DNA of 56,808 bases, the filler included, from Dimargaris cristalligena (Eukaryota), in assembly GCA_003614675.1 (NCBI GenBank). It is 3 parts of 3 records of this genome, joined end to end, with 100 filler letters (N's around TTAATTAATTAA, not from the genome) between each part and the next. Parts side by side here need not be neighbours in the genome. Positions count along the whole stretch, not along the records: positions 1 to 18,884 come from ML002749.1; positions 18,985 to 37,852 come from ML002750.1; 1 more part is not named here. One strand, 5' to 3'. The notes beneath the pieces are model-generated. The model did not search any database. It had not been told where the DNA came from and saw only the letters and a program-made list of their open reading frames with translations. Position 1 is the stretch's first letter. Each line of letters starts with the position of its first letter. This document shows positions 13,141 to 25,727 of this stretch, one piece after another. Made by a program: the position numbers and the translations under genes.

Positions 13141-13847
13141 GTTTCTAATACATTCTGCCTGACCGCTCTTCCCAACCCGTCGGATTTTGATTACCTAGCT
13201 GGCCATTTCCGCCTCTCTGTCGACCCGCAACTTCGCTCGCGCCTCGGCCCCCGTCTTCAAGGACGTGGCCCAGGAAATCTACATGAAGAACCTGCGTAAC
13301 TTCAAGCCTTCCACCCAGGTTCGTAATCTCCACATCTGCCCTAATCGATACCGAGCCCCGGTTTGTTTTAGAATAGCCTCGGTTGAATTGCGCTCTAAGA
13401 TATTTTAGCATGACCGGCTATTTCCTGTTTGACCATCCTAACGTATACTATAGTTTATTTAATCTTACCCTTGTTCAAATCTGACCCACTACAGAAAGTC
13501 GAAACCGACCAGGTCAAGGACTTCGTCCCCCCCAAGGCCCCCCAGGTACGTAGCAATATGTGTACATAGCCTTACTGCAATTGCTGGATTTGCTACCAAT
13601 CTATTGGCGGTGTGTGGAAGTAGCTAAACCTAGCAACCCCCCACCCCAGCCGCCCAAGTGGGGGGTCCATATCCCAAATATGAATCTGTGTCTATATATG
13701 TGTGTGCGTATTAATTCTGACCCTACCATTGTACACTATTCCATATAATCTGTTTGATCACAATAGGCCCCTAAGTTCGACCAGGACGTCTCGGCCGAGC
13801 TTGCCGCCTACGACGCTGAAGACTCGGCCATCGCCAAGAGCGCTTAA
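12815..13847 (+). CDS. ATP14: Mitochondrial ATP synthase subunit h; 4 exons (12815-12856, 13199-13318, 13495-13545, 13767-13847), 97 aa
   Basis: Spliced product MYAKMTVAPRLASKLAISASLSTRNFARASAPVFKDVAQEIYMKNLRNFKPSTQKVETDQVKDFVPPKAPQAPKFDQDVSAELAAYDAEDSAIAKSA: a basic mitochondrial presequence, then the DxxQxxYxxxLxxxKP...FxxPxxP...ELxAY pattern of subunit h; all introns GT-AG, phase 0; strong codon bias. Confidence 0.85.
13105..13134. repeat. (AT)n microsatellite in ATP14 intron 1
   Basis: Directly visible. Confidence 0.9.
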
Positions 13848-15000
13848 AGTTTCTCCCGAATCGTTTATTTACTATTGGGGTATTCGTTGGTGCCACCGAC
13901 CAGCATTGTCCAACCTCGTATAGGCTTAGCTGCCTAGTATGTATTCCTTGGCTTATAGATGTACCCACCGGATCTCGAACACTATCTTTTACGAGGGCGG
14001 TGGTCCCGATCAATGAATAACAGTTTATTTAAGTTACATGTTTGATTCGCGGGTATAGGATAACTATGTAAATCCAGCATTGCCGAATGTTAGTTTTAGG
14101 TTGATATGCGGCCTGTTGGATGGTGCCTGGTCCCAAATGGTGAGATCAGAGCTGCGGTATTAGCCCAAACAGGGGACTACTACTCTCCTATAGCACCGAC
14201 GGGGTAGGTGGAGAGCTAGTTAGTTGGGACATATAGCCCCCCCCATGCTTCGATGATGGATGAGCAAGGGACCAGAAGAGTAAAGGAGAGGGCCAGCAGT
14301 GATTATGAGTGGTTCCGTTTCAGAGCCAAATCACATGATTCCCTGGAGTCGACTGTACCACCAATAGTCGATTTTTTCCCAAGCAGGTTGGTTAAGCAAA
14401 TGTTGTTATGGTTATTTAGTGTAGTGTAGGCGAGTAGTATTAGGTGGATGGGTGGCAGAAAAGATGGGTCCAGTCAACTAGGGGGAAGGGCCGAGCCAGT
14501 TCCAGTTCCCTCTCTCCTGTACATATCCCCGACCCACACACCACCCCTTTTGCCTTTTTCTTTAGCTATTGTTGCGATTCCATCTGTTGTTTCTTTGCTT
14601 ATCTGTTGTTCATCTCATTCCTCTTCTCTTTTCCCCGATCTACCCGGTAAGACCTTCTTTCCCGTTCTACCCCGCCGAAGCCCCTAGGGCATCCGACCCA
14701 CCAAGTACTGGACCGGCGGAGTTATTGCCCCCCAAAGGAGGAGGTGAGGGGGCTGCTCTCTGCTCGGTTCACGTTACTCGAGAATAGTCGCAGATGAACT
14801 GTTTAGTTAGTCCCTTCCGTTACCCTGTCTAACTATATATGCGGGCTGACCCTTACCTCTTCCTAGTCTCCCCTCCCGCCTTTCTTCTTTCCTTCCTTTT
14901 CTCTTTCCTGTCGTATTTTTATTCAATCGCCCTTCCCTAACCTCCTCTCCCTGTCTACTCTTTCCCCACCCTCCCCGCCCATTAATCCTTTGTAGATATC

Positions 15001-16793
15001 ATGGATAACCGTGTACCAGAGCACCGCCGCAACGCCTACAAGTCCAAGGGCCTGTTCAAGAATGATGAGCTTCGTCGCCGTAGGGACGAACAAAGTGTCG
15101 AAATCCGTAAGCAGAAGCGCGAGGAGTCCTTGGCCAAAAAGCGCAATTTGAATATCAACCCCGAGGTGTCCGACAGCGACGACGATGAAGCTGCTTCGGT
15201 AGCCCTTAACGACCAGGTATGTCGACACTTTCCTTTATTAGCCTTTACTCTCGCCCGGTGTACGAGATTATTATATTATCTGCATATATACAACCATCCT
15301 CCAATAACCCCCCCCCCTCGAGTTGACATTAAGCCCCGCCCCACTCTTTGTGTACTGCCATTTGCCCCAATATCGATTCCTCCCCTTCCGCCTTATAGCT
15401 TAAGGAGCAACTCCCTGCCATGGTCGAAGGTCTGTACTCCGACAACGTTGAAACCCAATTGGAAGCCACCACCAAATTCCGTAAACTGCTTTCCAAGGAG
15501 CGCAACCCCCCGATTGAAGAGGTGGTCAACTGCCGTGTCGTTCCCCAATTCGTGGAATTCCTGCGTTCCCCTCATTCCCTTATTCAGTTCGAGGCCGCCT
15601 GGGCACTTACTAACATTGCCTCGGGTACTTCCGACCAGACCAATATTGTAATTGACAGCGGAGCTGTTCCCATCTTTGTCGAGCTGCTTTCTAGCCCCGT
15701 GGCTGATGTCCGTGAACAGGCGGTGTGGGCCCTCGGTAACATTGCCGGCGACAGCCCCCGTTGCCGTGACTATGTCCTTAGTACCAACGCCCTGGAGCCC
15801 CTGCTCCAGTTGCTTAGCGAAAACAACAAGATCTCGATGCTGCGCAATGCCGCTTGGACCCTGTCCAACTTCTGCCGTGGCAAGAACCCCCAGCCCGACT
15901 GGGCCACTATTGCCCCCGCCCTTCCCATTCTGTCTCGCCTTATCCACGCTATGGACGAGGAAATCTTGACCGATGCCTGCTGGGCTATCTCCTACCTTTC
16001 CGACGGCAGCAACGAAAAGATCCAGGCCGTGATTGATGCCAACGTGGTGCGCCGCCTTGTCGAACTTCTTATGCACCCCCAGACCTCGGTCCAGACCCCC
16101 GCCCTACGTTCCGTCGGTAACATCGTCACCGGTGACGACACCCAGACCCAGGTGGTGCTTAACTGTGGTGCCCTGTCCGCCCTTCTCAGCCTCCTTTCCA
16201 GCCCCCGGGATGCCATCCGCAAGGAAGCCTGCTGGACCATCTCCAACATCACCGCCGGCAATACCGCCCAAATCCAGGCCGTTATTGACGCCAACATCAT
16301 GCCCCCACTTATCCACATTCTTAAGCACGGCGACTTCAAGTCCAAGAAGGAAGCCTGCTGGGCCATCTCCAACGCCACTTCGGGTGGTCTGAACCAGCCC
16401 GACATTATCCGGTATTTGGTCAGCCAGGGCTGCATCCACCCCCTGTGTGAACTGCTGAGCTCCATGGATAACAAGATCATCCAAGTCGCCTTGGACGGCC
16501 TGGAGAACATCCTGAAGGTCGGTGAGCTGGACAAGGAAACCAATGACGACCACAGCAATGTGTACGCCCTCTACATCGAAGAGGCGGGTGGTATGGAGAA
16601 GATCCACAATCTGCAGGTCCACGACAACCTGGAGATCTACAAGAAGGCCTACTCGATTATTGACAAGTACTACAACGACGAGGACGAGGAGGACGATACC
16701 GGTCTCGACCCCGAGGTCAACGACGAGACTGGTCAGTTTGCCTTCCAATCCAATGTCAGTGCCCCCCAGGGTGGCTTCAACTTTGGCAACTAA
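15001..16793 (+). CDS. SRP1: Importin alpha (karyopherin alpha); 2 exons (15001-15216, 15399-16793), 536 aa
   Basis: IBB domain ([27 protein letters not shown]); ARM repeats ([40 protein letters not shown]); C-terminal GGFNF; intron CAG|gtatgt...tag|CTT. Confidence 0.98.
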
Positions 16794-18302
16794 GGGCTTC
16801 CCTTTCCTATACGTTTTAGGAGGTGGACCGCGAATGATCCCACTTGGATTATTCGCTCTCTTTCTCCCCGATTTTCGCTGAATGTGAACAAAATTGCAGC
16901 CGTCTCCTCTTCCCCCTTCTCTTCTGTTTCTCTGTACCCCATTTCGTGTGCGTTTTGTTGTCTTATGCCACTGCGCATTTAATTCCTTCTGTCTGCTCTT
17001 TTTCACTTCCGTCTTCATCTTCCCCCCATTTCTTACCCTCTTCCCTCCTTTACCTGTCCCTAGATGGTAGTTGCTCTTAAACTCGCACATTCCCGTACTG
17101 AATATGGTACCATTGTGCTCTTACGTTGAGTTTAAGGGGCGCCCGATATTCTCCGAGGCTCCTTGCGTTACTCTCCCAATGCGGGAGTCTCGCGGCTATT
17201 CGGGCCTGTACCTACCATATATATTACCCCTCTTTCCATTCGATCACCTTAAGTTGTGGTTTCCATTTGCATGCTTTTCCCCCTGGATTTTCCTTCTCCC
17301 CTTCTTCCCCTTCCCCTCCCCTTGCCATTCATTCACTTCGAATTTGACTTATTTCTTTTCACATTGATAATCTACTAAATACCGACGCTTTTCACGATCC
17401 TCCTCGCTAATCGACTCCATGACCTTGTTTTCTATGTGGTTTTTGTAATTTTGGGAAATATCGATTTCAAACCTGCCCATTAGTTATTTCATTTTCTTGA
17501 TTGGATTAATTCGCAATGTAAATGGTACCCAATGAAGGCCAGTTGGCCTAATATTTACCACCAGGTCTTCCAAATCTAGCATAAGGGAAAGGTAGGATAT
17601 GATGGGCAGGGCCATTCGGGCTGTGAATAGAACCAGGAACAATCACCAAAGTAACCCTTTGGCCATGATAGTAGAGCGCAAGCTTAAATACCATGGCCCA
17701 GGTTGACAGACTACAAAACTCAAAGAGCCGTAGATGGTGATCATATCTAGTTCAATGTCGAATAGAAGCAACAGCTCAGTTACCTTTATTCAAGTCGCTA
17801 TACTCCACTGGTAAGGTATACTATAAGTTATAGACTATTGGAATATCGTCGAATAACCGCTATATATTCTATATACCTGTCATAATAATATAATACCACA
17901 AAATTGGGAATGTTAGACATAAACTACATAACCCTTGTATTGGAGGCCTGTGACTAATTGGAATTCGGTCTAGTGTTTAGATCGCGCCGACTTGGACTGG
18001 TAGTGAGGTCATGAATAGGGTAGGCCATAAGTGCACTCACGTGACCCAAAACTGGTATATTTCTGCTCGTGCGTATAAACCTATACCTTCGAAGGCTTTC
18101 CCATTCTCAAGTGTAAACAAATACAACCGCTCATAAGCAAGAGCTGAATAAAATGTAACTTGTGGCTTTCACCAACTAGAGTTCATAGTCTTCCAATTCC
18201 ATTGTTTACGTAAGCCTCGTTACTTTCCTCTCTTTAATTTCCTTCTAACCTATAGTTTACGTCCCTCCCACCGAAGTCATTCTAGTTCCTTTTACCAGTA
18301 CC

Positions 18303-18884
18303 ATGGCGTCCCACCACGAACGTATTCACCGTCTATTGGCGGAGGCTGACCACGATGACCAGTCCAGTGACAACGAGGAACCACCCAGCCTTTATGTCAT
18401 TCTGGAACTCGATGAAAAGGCCACCGGTGACCAGATTAAACATGCGTACCGTAAAATGGCCATCCGCTTCCATCCCGATAAGCTGAGCCAGCAGCACCCC
18501 ACCCAGACCACGGCCAGTTCCAACAATAAAACCAACAGCAACGACCCCGAGGACGAAGAAGCCCTGCGTATCCAATGGACCGAACGCTTCCAGAAAATCA
18601 CACTGGCCTATAGCATTCTATCCGACGAGGCCAAACGCCGCCGGTACGACCGGACGGGTTCCACCGAAGACTCCGCCCTCCTCGATGACATTATCGAAGA
18701 GGGCCGTGACTGGGACGCCTATTTCACCGATCTCTACACCGATTTGGTCAACGCCAGCACCATTGCCCAGTTCTCCGCACAGTACCGCGATTCCGCCGAA
18801 GAACGCGCCGATGTATTGGCCGCGTACCGGCAATGCGAGGGGGACATGGACCTAATTTTGAATACGGTGCTGCTGGCGACGGTG
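18303..18884 (+). CDS. DnaJ-domain protein, DNAJC9-like; 3'-truncated by the contig end
   Basis: J domain with HPD motif (AYRKMAIRFHPDK...FQKITLAYSILSDEAKRRRYDRTG), followed by DWDAYF...IAQFSAQYRDSAEERADVLAAY...GDMD, typical of DNAJC9 orthologues. Confidence 0.9.
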
Positions 18885-18984
18885 NNNNNNNNNNNNNNNN
18901 NNNNNNNNNNNNNNNNNNNNNNNNNNNNTTAATTAATTAANNNNNNNNNNNNNNNNNNNNNNNNNNNNNNNNNNNNNNNNNNNN
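18885..18984. other. Artificial contig linker (N44-TTAATTAATTAA-N44)
   Basis: Exactly 100 nt containing a six-frame stop cassette; identical to 37853-37952. Confidence 0.98.
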
Positions 18985-19569
18985 GCATAGGACGAATAGC
19001 CAATGATGGCAAATTTGCAGTATAGACCAGAAGTTGGGTGTGGCGGATTTGAAGACGAATTGCCGTAGCGCTAACAATCATCGAATGAACGGAACCATCG
19101 GGGTTCTGATGTCAATTTGGAAGGCAGAAAACCGAAACAAACCATTATCGACTAGGGTGGACCCATATCTATTGCAGTTGGACACATGCTGCGGACTGTA
19201 ACCAAGTTTCCAAGTAGTAATGGAGGTTGAAATAGTAAACAAGTTTTATCAAGAACGACTTTCAATCACATTGATTATTAAGCACGATATATCAATATTG
19301 TTGACCAATATTAGATGACTTATAATGTCCGTTAAACTATACGGCCAGTTTAGTATTGCCTACTAACCGTCGGCTCAACTTATATAACTCGTACCATCGC
19401 CCCGCAGAAACAAGTCCTTTACTAACTCCGCCCTTGCCATTCACAACTTTGTCCAGCAGTTATTATCGACCTGCTTCATTTGAATTTTCCGCTTTAGTCT
19501 ATTCGTTCTCCCCCCCATCCAATCACACACCGCCCACCAGCTATATTCGTGACCGTATATCAAAGAAAC

Positions 19570-20041
19570 ATGGAGGCTCAGCACGTTACCGACGGAATGG
19601 TGAAAATCTCTCTTGGCCGTAAGTCAGTATAAACTATTATTATATTGCGAGCACTACAGACGCAGGTATTAAGGTCCAAAGGCACCGCCCCTTTATTCTG
19701 CTCTCATCCTCCCTAGATAGTTTCCAAACTCTCTTTATTAGCACATTATACTTAACTGGGCCGATAAAAACCATTGTGAGGTAGATGGGAGTTTTAAGTA
19801 TATTTGGACGAGCGTTATATAGATATAGGTAACTCACTAACTATTCATTTCTGCGACTTGATATAATCCCCGGCGTCTAGAATGGATTAGATATTGGGAT
19901 GTCGATATTCCCAACCCCACCGAAAAGTACGAAGTCCAATTAACTGGCACAAACAAGACTTTTTATTATATGGAATTCACCGACGCTGATGGAGTGACGT
20001 ATCAGGAATATCCCGAAAATATCGTTTTTGAATTTATGTAG
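19570..20041 (+). CDS. Small two-exon orphan protein (19570-19618, 19881-20041), 69 aa
   Basis: ATG in an AAACATGG context; GGCC|gtaagt donor and gtctag|AA acceptor keep the frame: MEAQHVTDGMVKISLGQWIRYWDVDIPNPTEKYEVQLTGTNKTFYYMEFTDADGVTYQEYPENIVFEFM*; TATATAA at 19381 followed by a pyrimidine-rich leader. Confidence 0.6.
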
Positions 20042-21815
20042 TACCGCCAGACGGTTCATGGTCAATCATTAATCCTCGGCCACCAGTTCAAACGGTGAAT
20101 AGTACGATTCAGCTGTCGATAAATGATTATTTCAGACGATAAAAACTGATATTGTGAAATATTTGAAAATACAGTGAAGTTTTCCATACTTTCGGGAGGC
20201 ATCTGCCCCGATTAGTTATTTCGCAAAGTTTGGATTATGTGTATCCATTACTTCACTGCACTTGTTGAAGGGTTCCCTATTCGATAGAGACAAGCGCGTT
20301 CTGATTTTTGATTTTTCTAATTTTTTATGATTCTATACCACTCCTGAGATAGTTGGTTATTAAATAAATATGGACGTAATTTGGTCCAGCTTTATAAGGA
20401 TGTACGGGATATATTTATGTAATAATAGATGGGATGTTCGGTTTTCTTACCAATAGTAATACTTGCTTCATCAGCTGAATTGTTCACTATACAGCCCTTT
20501 AAACACCCTCCACATTGTATGTGGTAACGTCACCTGTTTCTTTCAGCTTGTTAAAATTTTCAACCGTTTCAAATGTTACTATATACAATTCCGACTCGAT
20601 TTCCTCCAATCTAACTAGCGTATCCTATATTTTTCGGTCAGGAGATGCCTTATTGGATGCCAGAACGCCCTGAATATGAGCCCATGCCCCCCAGTTGCAT
20701 TCCTAAACCTATTGCCGTAAGACCGGGTGGTTATGGTGGTAACTTACATTATTTATATATAGTCAATTAACCGAGGGTGGTTTCCTGTTGGTATCTAGGT
20801 GCGATATCCGACCAGATTTCTCACGCACTTCTCCTGGGTTTTTTGATGCCCTTTGGTTTTCAGTCTAGAGGTTTTTTTAAATTGGCCGTTTTGTAAGTAT
20901 ATGGCTAAAGGTACGTTCTCGCCCAACAAAAGTGCATCGGCACCGTGTGACGCGGAAATACAGAAACTAACCAAACGACCGCATCAGCGAATGGAAATAG
21001 GGTTTCCTAGGATCAGGCGAGGTTCGTGGAAAGGCGCCCTGTACTGAGTGTCTATATGGGGTGACAGCCGTTTGCTGAAATACATAAATAACACTGGGTA
21101 CTGCGCTTAGATTGCCCAATGTGTTATCTACGCCTATTTCCAAATCATCTGGCTATCCCAAAAATCGAGCCCCCTGACTTCGAAAGATAGTTTTTATGCT
21201 GTAGTTTTGTTTTTGGATATCTACTGGAGCAGATGATCAGCTATTTAGGGACAAGTATAGAAAGGAGTATGTGTATTCAATCCCGGCCCGTTTAATCCTG
21301 CCACTGGTCATTGCCATTCTATAGTTTTCAATATTAATGTATACAGCCCTCGAACCAGTGTCATCAGTACTGTCTACTGGTGAGTAGCTGATATAACCAG
21401 CCACGCCCAAGCCTAGTTACATTGCTGGTATCTACATACCAAGTATGGATGGTATACGGTGTGTACAACACACCTACAACCAGGTCACTAGCCCCCCTTA
21501 TACACACCACCGGCTAAACTGGTTAATGGATCCAAAGGAAGCCCTTTAGCTGGTTATTCGTGTCGAGTGCGTTACACTTCTGCAATTCGATGGCTGTACT
21601 GTACACCCGCCAACTAAAGGGGTCACCAGGAATGGATTTTATTATGGGGCGGCTGGATAATGTGGATGGTCACTGCACTAACGCTAACTATGGTCCACCA
21701 ACAATAATTTTAGCCCAATGAAGCCCCACACATTCCGTTGAAGCAGCTTCGCTTCTTTGTCTACATTCACTTGTACTGTTGTCTTTTCACCTACCCTTTT
21801 CGCGCATTCTATGAA

Positions 21816-22288
21816 ATGGTTCGGGCTACCAAGGGTGAGTTCTTGGCATTGGCCACCTGAGCCTGTCTACTCTTTAACCATAGGTCTACTATCCCCGTTA
21901 GTCACCGCTCGCTACATCTAAGGCTAAGCACCCTTCCTTGAACACGCCTGAGGTTAGCTGGCCTGGGTTAGTGTATCTCTTTCAGCGCTACTCCTACTTT
22001 TTAAAGGGAACCCCCCACTCGCGTAACCCAATCTCTAATCACTGGACCAGACATGTATATATTCTTATATGTGGGTAATTTTTGCTCTACTGCGTCGACC
22101 TAGGGGTTCTCATCGAGTGCGACACCACGGCAAAGCAGGTCCTAAAGAAGCTGAACAATGACTACCACTTTATAATTGCGGACCTGGACGACACGCACCT
22201 GTTTGTCAACGGGGATTACGTGGCCATGCTCAAGGCCGAGCTGGATCGGGTCATTAATGAAAATACCTTCAAAATCGAAGGGATCTAA
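21816..22288 (+). CDS. TFB5: TFIIH subunit Tfb5/TTDA; 2 exons (21816-21834, 22104-22288), 67 aa
   Basis: MVRATKG|VLIECDTTAKQ...FIIADLDDTHLFV matches the Tfb5 consensus; G|gtgagt...tag|GG intron. Confidence 0.93.
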
Positions 22289-23929
22289 GCCAAAGGAACC
22301 CGGACCTGCATATAAAACAGTACACTCCACGACTTACGAAAAGGAAGGGCAAGGCGAATACAACGCGGTTTTAACGGGCACTACGAGAGATCAACTTCGG
22401 AAGGGGGAATTGGCTGGAACCTTCCCACATAAGGCGCTCCACCCGAATGTGAACGAAATACAGGTGGGGTTTCCGTTGTGGGGGGAGGGGAGGAAGGTGG
22501 TATTTTTAAGAGGGAATGCCTTTTTCACTGGGTTTACCGGTCACTGCCGCTTCTTGCACCACTCAGTTTGCCCTTCTCCATTAGTCCCCATCACCCCATT
22601 CGTTACGCTTCACTTTTCACTTTTCTGCCCCACCCGCTTGTTTGAGCCGCCATGGTAGGTCATTGCCGTTGGACTAGGGGTGGTCGTCGGTGGCTACTGT
22701 TGCCCCCTTCCCCAGCAATACCCGCATTCGCTTATTTTCAAACGGACAGGCGCTATTTACGGAAACCTGGCATGGGCTGAGTGGTTCAAATTCTCCTAGC
22801 CAGTGTAATATCTAATAAATCGTATTTATCTATCCGCTATTCCGCTATAGTCCGCCACACTTCACACCGATTTAGGGGACCTCAAGATTGAGGTATTTTG
22901 CGAGGCCGTGCCTAAAACCGCCGAAGTAAGTTTCCTGCTGCTTTTCTTGGACCATGATTCACCGATTCTATGTCCAGCTTCAATCATCGCATACCTAGAG
23001 TATCACCTTTTCTTAATCATGTATCATATATAAACCCCTAAAACTAAGTGCGGGCACTGAACAATACCATCAGATAGACATTGCGTTTATCGTCTGATGA
23101 GAGATTATAATATCATTCACTTTTCTGATAGTTCGACAGCTTTCTACTAGAAACGGGGTTTGGCTGATAAGCAGCTGTGGGAAGGTTGGATATCCAATTA
23201 AAACCATCACTAGAGATGCTGATGATAATGTGGTATTGTAAAGTTTGGGAGGCGGGGTGATAGCAATAACCTGGAAGGAATAAATAGTCTAAATGCAAAG
23301 GACCAGCCGCCACTCATACCATCCTACACTGGCCACCTCAGGCTGTATCATCGCCGCCAAATCCTACCAGTTGCCTAGGCTTATCGAGAGAATGGAAAAT
23401 GGGGGTTCCCACTCGAAATATATATGCGTATAACATGTTAAAGTAATACATGTTATAGAGAGCCGTTGGGTTTGCCAACAAAAAGGGGCACGGCTAATTA
23501 ATCAGAGCGACATTGATAAGGGAAGTGCAGTTTCCACTTAAACATGATACACTGGACTACAATACTGTGGATCAAACCGTGTATTTTTTTAATTGAGAAT
23601 TAGCCACGCATTCGTAATTTAGAGTGGTCCTCACTCGTACCGAGTTAAATATAGAAATGGCCCTGGCGGATTGAGTGGGTACCTGACCAAGGGAGTGGTT
23701 TAATTCCATATAACAATATATACTGAGTACGGGATAATGAGAGACAGCCAACCGATAGGATTATATAACACCCTCCTATTCCCTACCCTTTATTTTCTAT
23801 CAACGAACTTTCTCGCTGGTTTCCTATTCTCTGCCATCCACTTTTCCCTTATTTAGGTAACATTAACGGGTAATCATTCTCCTACTTAGTCGCTTCGCCG
23901 GTGTTTCACCCTCGCTACCTATTCTCGCC

Positions 23930-25273
23930 ATGATGTTACACCCTACTCGTTTGGCCACCCTGGCCCTGGTCTGGCTCTTGGCTGTTGAAAAGGGTTTCGG
24001 TTTTCCTACGTCTAACCCAAGTACCGCCGAAAATGACTTCATTGACCTGACTCGGTCGCCTTATTCTGTCAGTGGCCCCGCTGCCGACGATTACTATCAG
24101 CTCCATTCACCGGGTGAATATTCAATGAGTGCACTCCCCCACTCCCAAGTAGGCGAGATATGGGGTCCAAACGGTGACTCCACTGTCATCAGCTTCGATG
24201 AAACATCCGACTTCTCGGATAACCCTTTTCTGAAGGGTATCATGGACGGAATGCCCTCGGATACCGATCATCTTGGCCATTCGGCGGATGTATTTGCCCC
24301 GCCAGGGGCTGAGTACAGTTTCCCTATGGATGGATTTGGCGGTACCTATCCCAATACCGACCAGGCTTATCGTGGACACGGGGAATTCGGGTTGACCGCC
24401 CCGCATCACTCAACCCTAAAGGCTAATGTGGGTGCGGGTGAATATTCCTCCCGCACGGGGGGGCAATCCCGATACCCTGGCGAGGACATTCACTTAACCA
24501 CCAGCAGTAACCAGCAACGCGCGAATCCGGGGGGCATTGTAAACCGACCTTGGCGATCTGGAAGTTCGTCGGCCGCTTTGCAACCAGGCACTATTACGAG
24601 TGGGGTGCTTAGTGATGGGCCTTCAACGACCTTAAATTTCAACTCAATTTATTCGGAAAATATCTTGAGAACAAACGACGAAAAGGAAGAGGCCCACAGA
24701 TTAAGGATTGCCCGTAGCACCTGTGAGGACTTCTCCAAAACGGCCTTCGGAGAGGCTGCCGAACGTCAACGGACATTGACCAAGGCTGTCACCCGTCTTC
24801 CTAATATCGCCGAAACGGAGACCAACTCTCTATGTGCGGAATTGGGGGAAGCTGCCTGTGTTGAAATCAAACAAAGTGTCACCACTCTCACTAAGCGAAT
24901 GTCCGATTACCCGCGCTCAAAGTTGAGAAAAGCAGGAGCCTTTGCCTACACCTTCGGACAACGGGTTAACAGTCTTTTCGCCAATAACAAAAAGGAGCTG
25001 GGCAAACCTTCACTAATCTACGGGCTGTCCTATGACCACGCAGCCAAAACGATGCGGATAGAGTTCTTTACTGCCCTGGAGGGTTATGACTGTGAGGGAC
25101 TGGTTAATTCGGGCTTAACCCTCGGTGAAACCCCGCAGTTCTCTTCTGTTCTGTTACCCGAAAAACTTGAGTTGTTGGGCGGTTCTGACAAACTGAGAAA
25201 AGTACTACAGGTAATTCAAACTAAGGCGGCTATCCAGCTGGACCAATTAAAACAGAGAAGAAAATTTTCGTAA
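23930..25273 (+). CDS. Intronless secreted protein of unknown function, 447 aa
   Basis: Long ORF; signal-peptide-like N-terminus (RLATLALVWLLAVEKGFG|FP); S/G/P-rich linker, then a ~200-aa likely folded C-terminal region; TATATAA at 23762. Confidence 0.8.
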   Translation: MMLHPTRLATLALVWLLAVEKGFGFPTSNPSTAENDFIDLTRSPYSVSGPAADDYYQLHSPGEYSMSALPHSQVGEIWGPNGDSTVISFDETSDFSDNPFLKGIMDGMPSDTDHLGHSADVFAPPGAEYSFPMDGFGGTYPNTDQAYRGHGEFGLTAPHHSTLKANVGAGEYSSRTGGQSRYPGEDIHLTTSSNQQRANPGGIVNRPWRSGSSSAALQPGTITSGVLSDGPSTTLNFNSIYSENILRTNDEKEEAHRLRIARSTCEDFSKTAFGEAAERQRTLTKAVTRLPNIAETETNSLCAELGEAACVEIKQSVTTLTKRMSDYPRSKLRKAGAFAYTFGQRVNSLFANNKKELGKPSLIYGLSYDHAAKTMRIEFFTALEGYDCEGLVNSGLTLGETPQFSSVLLPEKLELLGGSDKLRKVLQVIQTKAAIQLDQLKQRRKFS

Positions 25274-25477
25274 TTATGTACTGTTTTCCTTCAACTATTT
25301 ATATTATATTGTAATAGGGTACATGTCAGAGTTGTGGTTTTTTTGTATTGGGATATGCCCATTCCCGCGTTGAGCAGGATTATAGTATTAAGTTTTAAAT
25401 TTTAATACAAAACGAATATTAATATACGCGTGTCGAGGGCACAGATATTAGCCAGGGTAAGCATACAGGGGTTTCTA

Positions 25478-25540
25478 ATATGAATGAAATTCAGACCAGC
25501 CATATAAGGTATTAAATGATGTGTGTACAAGAAAATAGGG
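25478..25540 (-). mobile_element. Degenerate partial MITE copy
   Basis: ATATGAATGAAATTCAGACCAGCCATATAAGGTATTAAATGAT...GAAAATAGG aligns to the reverse complement of the 3' end of the 4150 copy. Confidence 0.65.
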
Positions 25541-25727
25541 CATATATATGTGTGCATTTATTGAGACATAGTTGACAGTGAATAGAATCACAATAAATCT
25601 AAAGTAGGTAAAAATCGGAGGGATGCTGGATAATTAGAGTATCCCGGCCTGATAAACTAAAGATTTAGAGTATGACCTGGTAGAGCTCAACTCAGGTCAG
25701 GCAATAACTGCAGATTTTCCAATCTAC

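Noticed and set aside
14647-14995. 5'-UTR intron of importin alpha (GTAAGA donor; acceptors at ~14866 or ~14995)
   Set aside because: Plausible, but the acceptor is ambiguous and cannot be verified without transcripts, so it is not listed as a feature.
15393-17090. Long antisense ORFs over importin alpha (also over midasin and RPL11)
   Set aside because: They are shadows of strongly C-ending codon usage on the coding strand and have no recognisable protein features.
18929-18940. TTAATTAATTAA as a biological palindrome or piggyBac target
   Set aside because: It is embedded in symmetric N44 runs and repeated identically; it is a synthetic six-frame stop linker.
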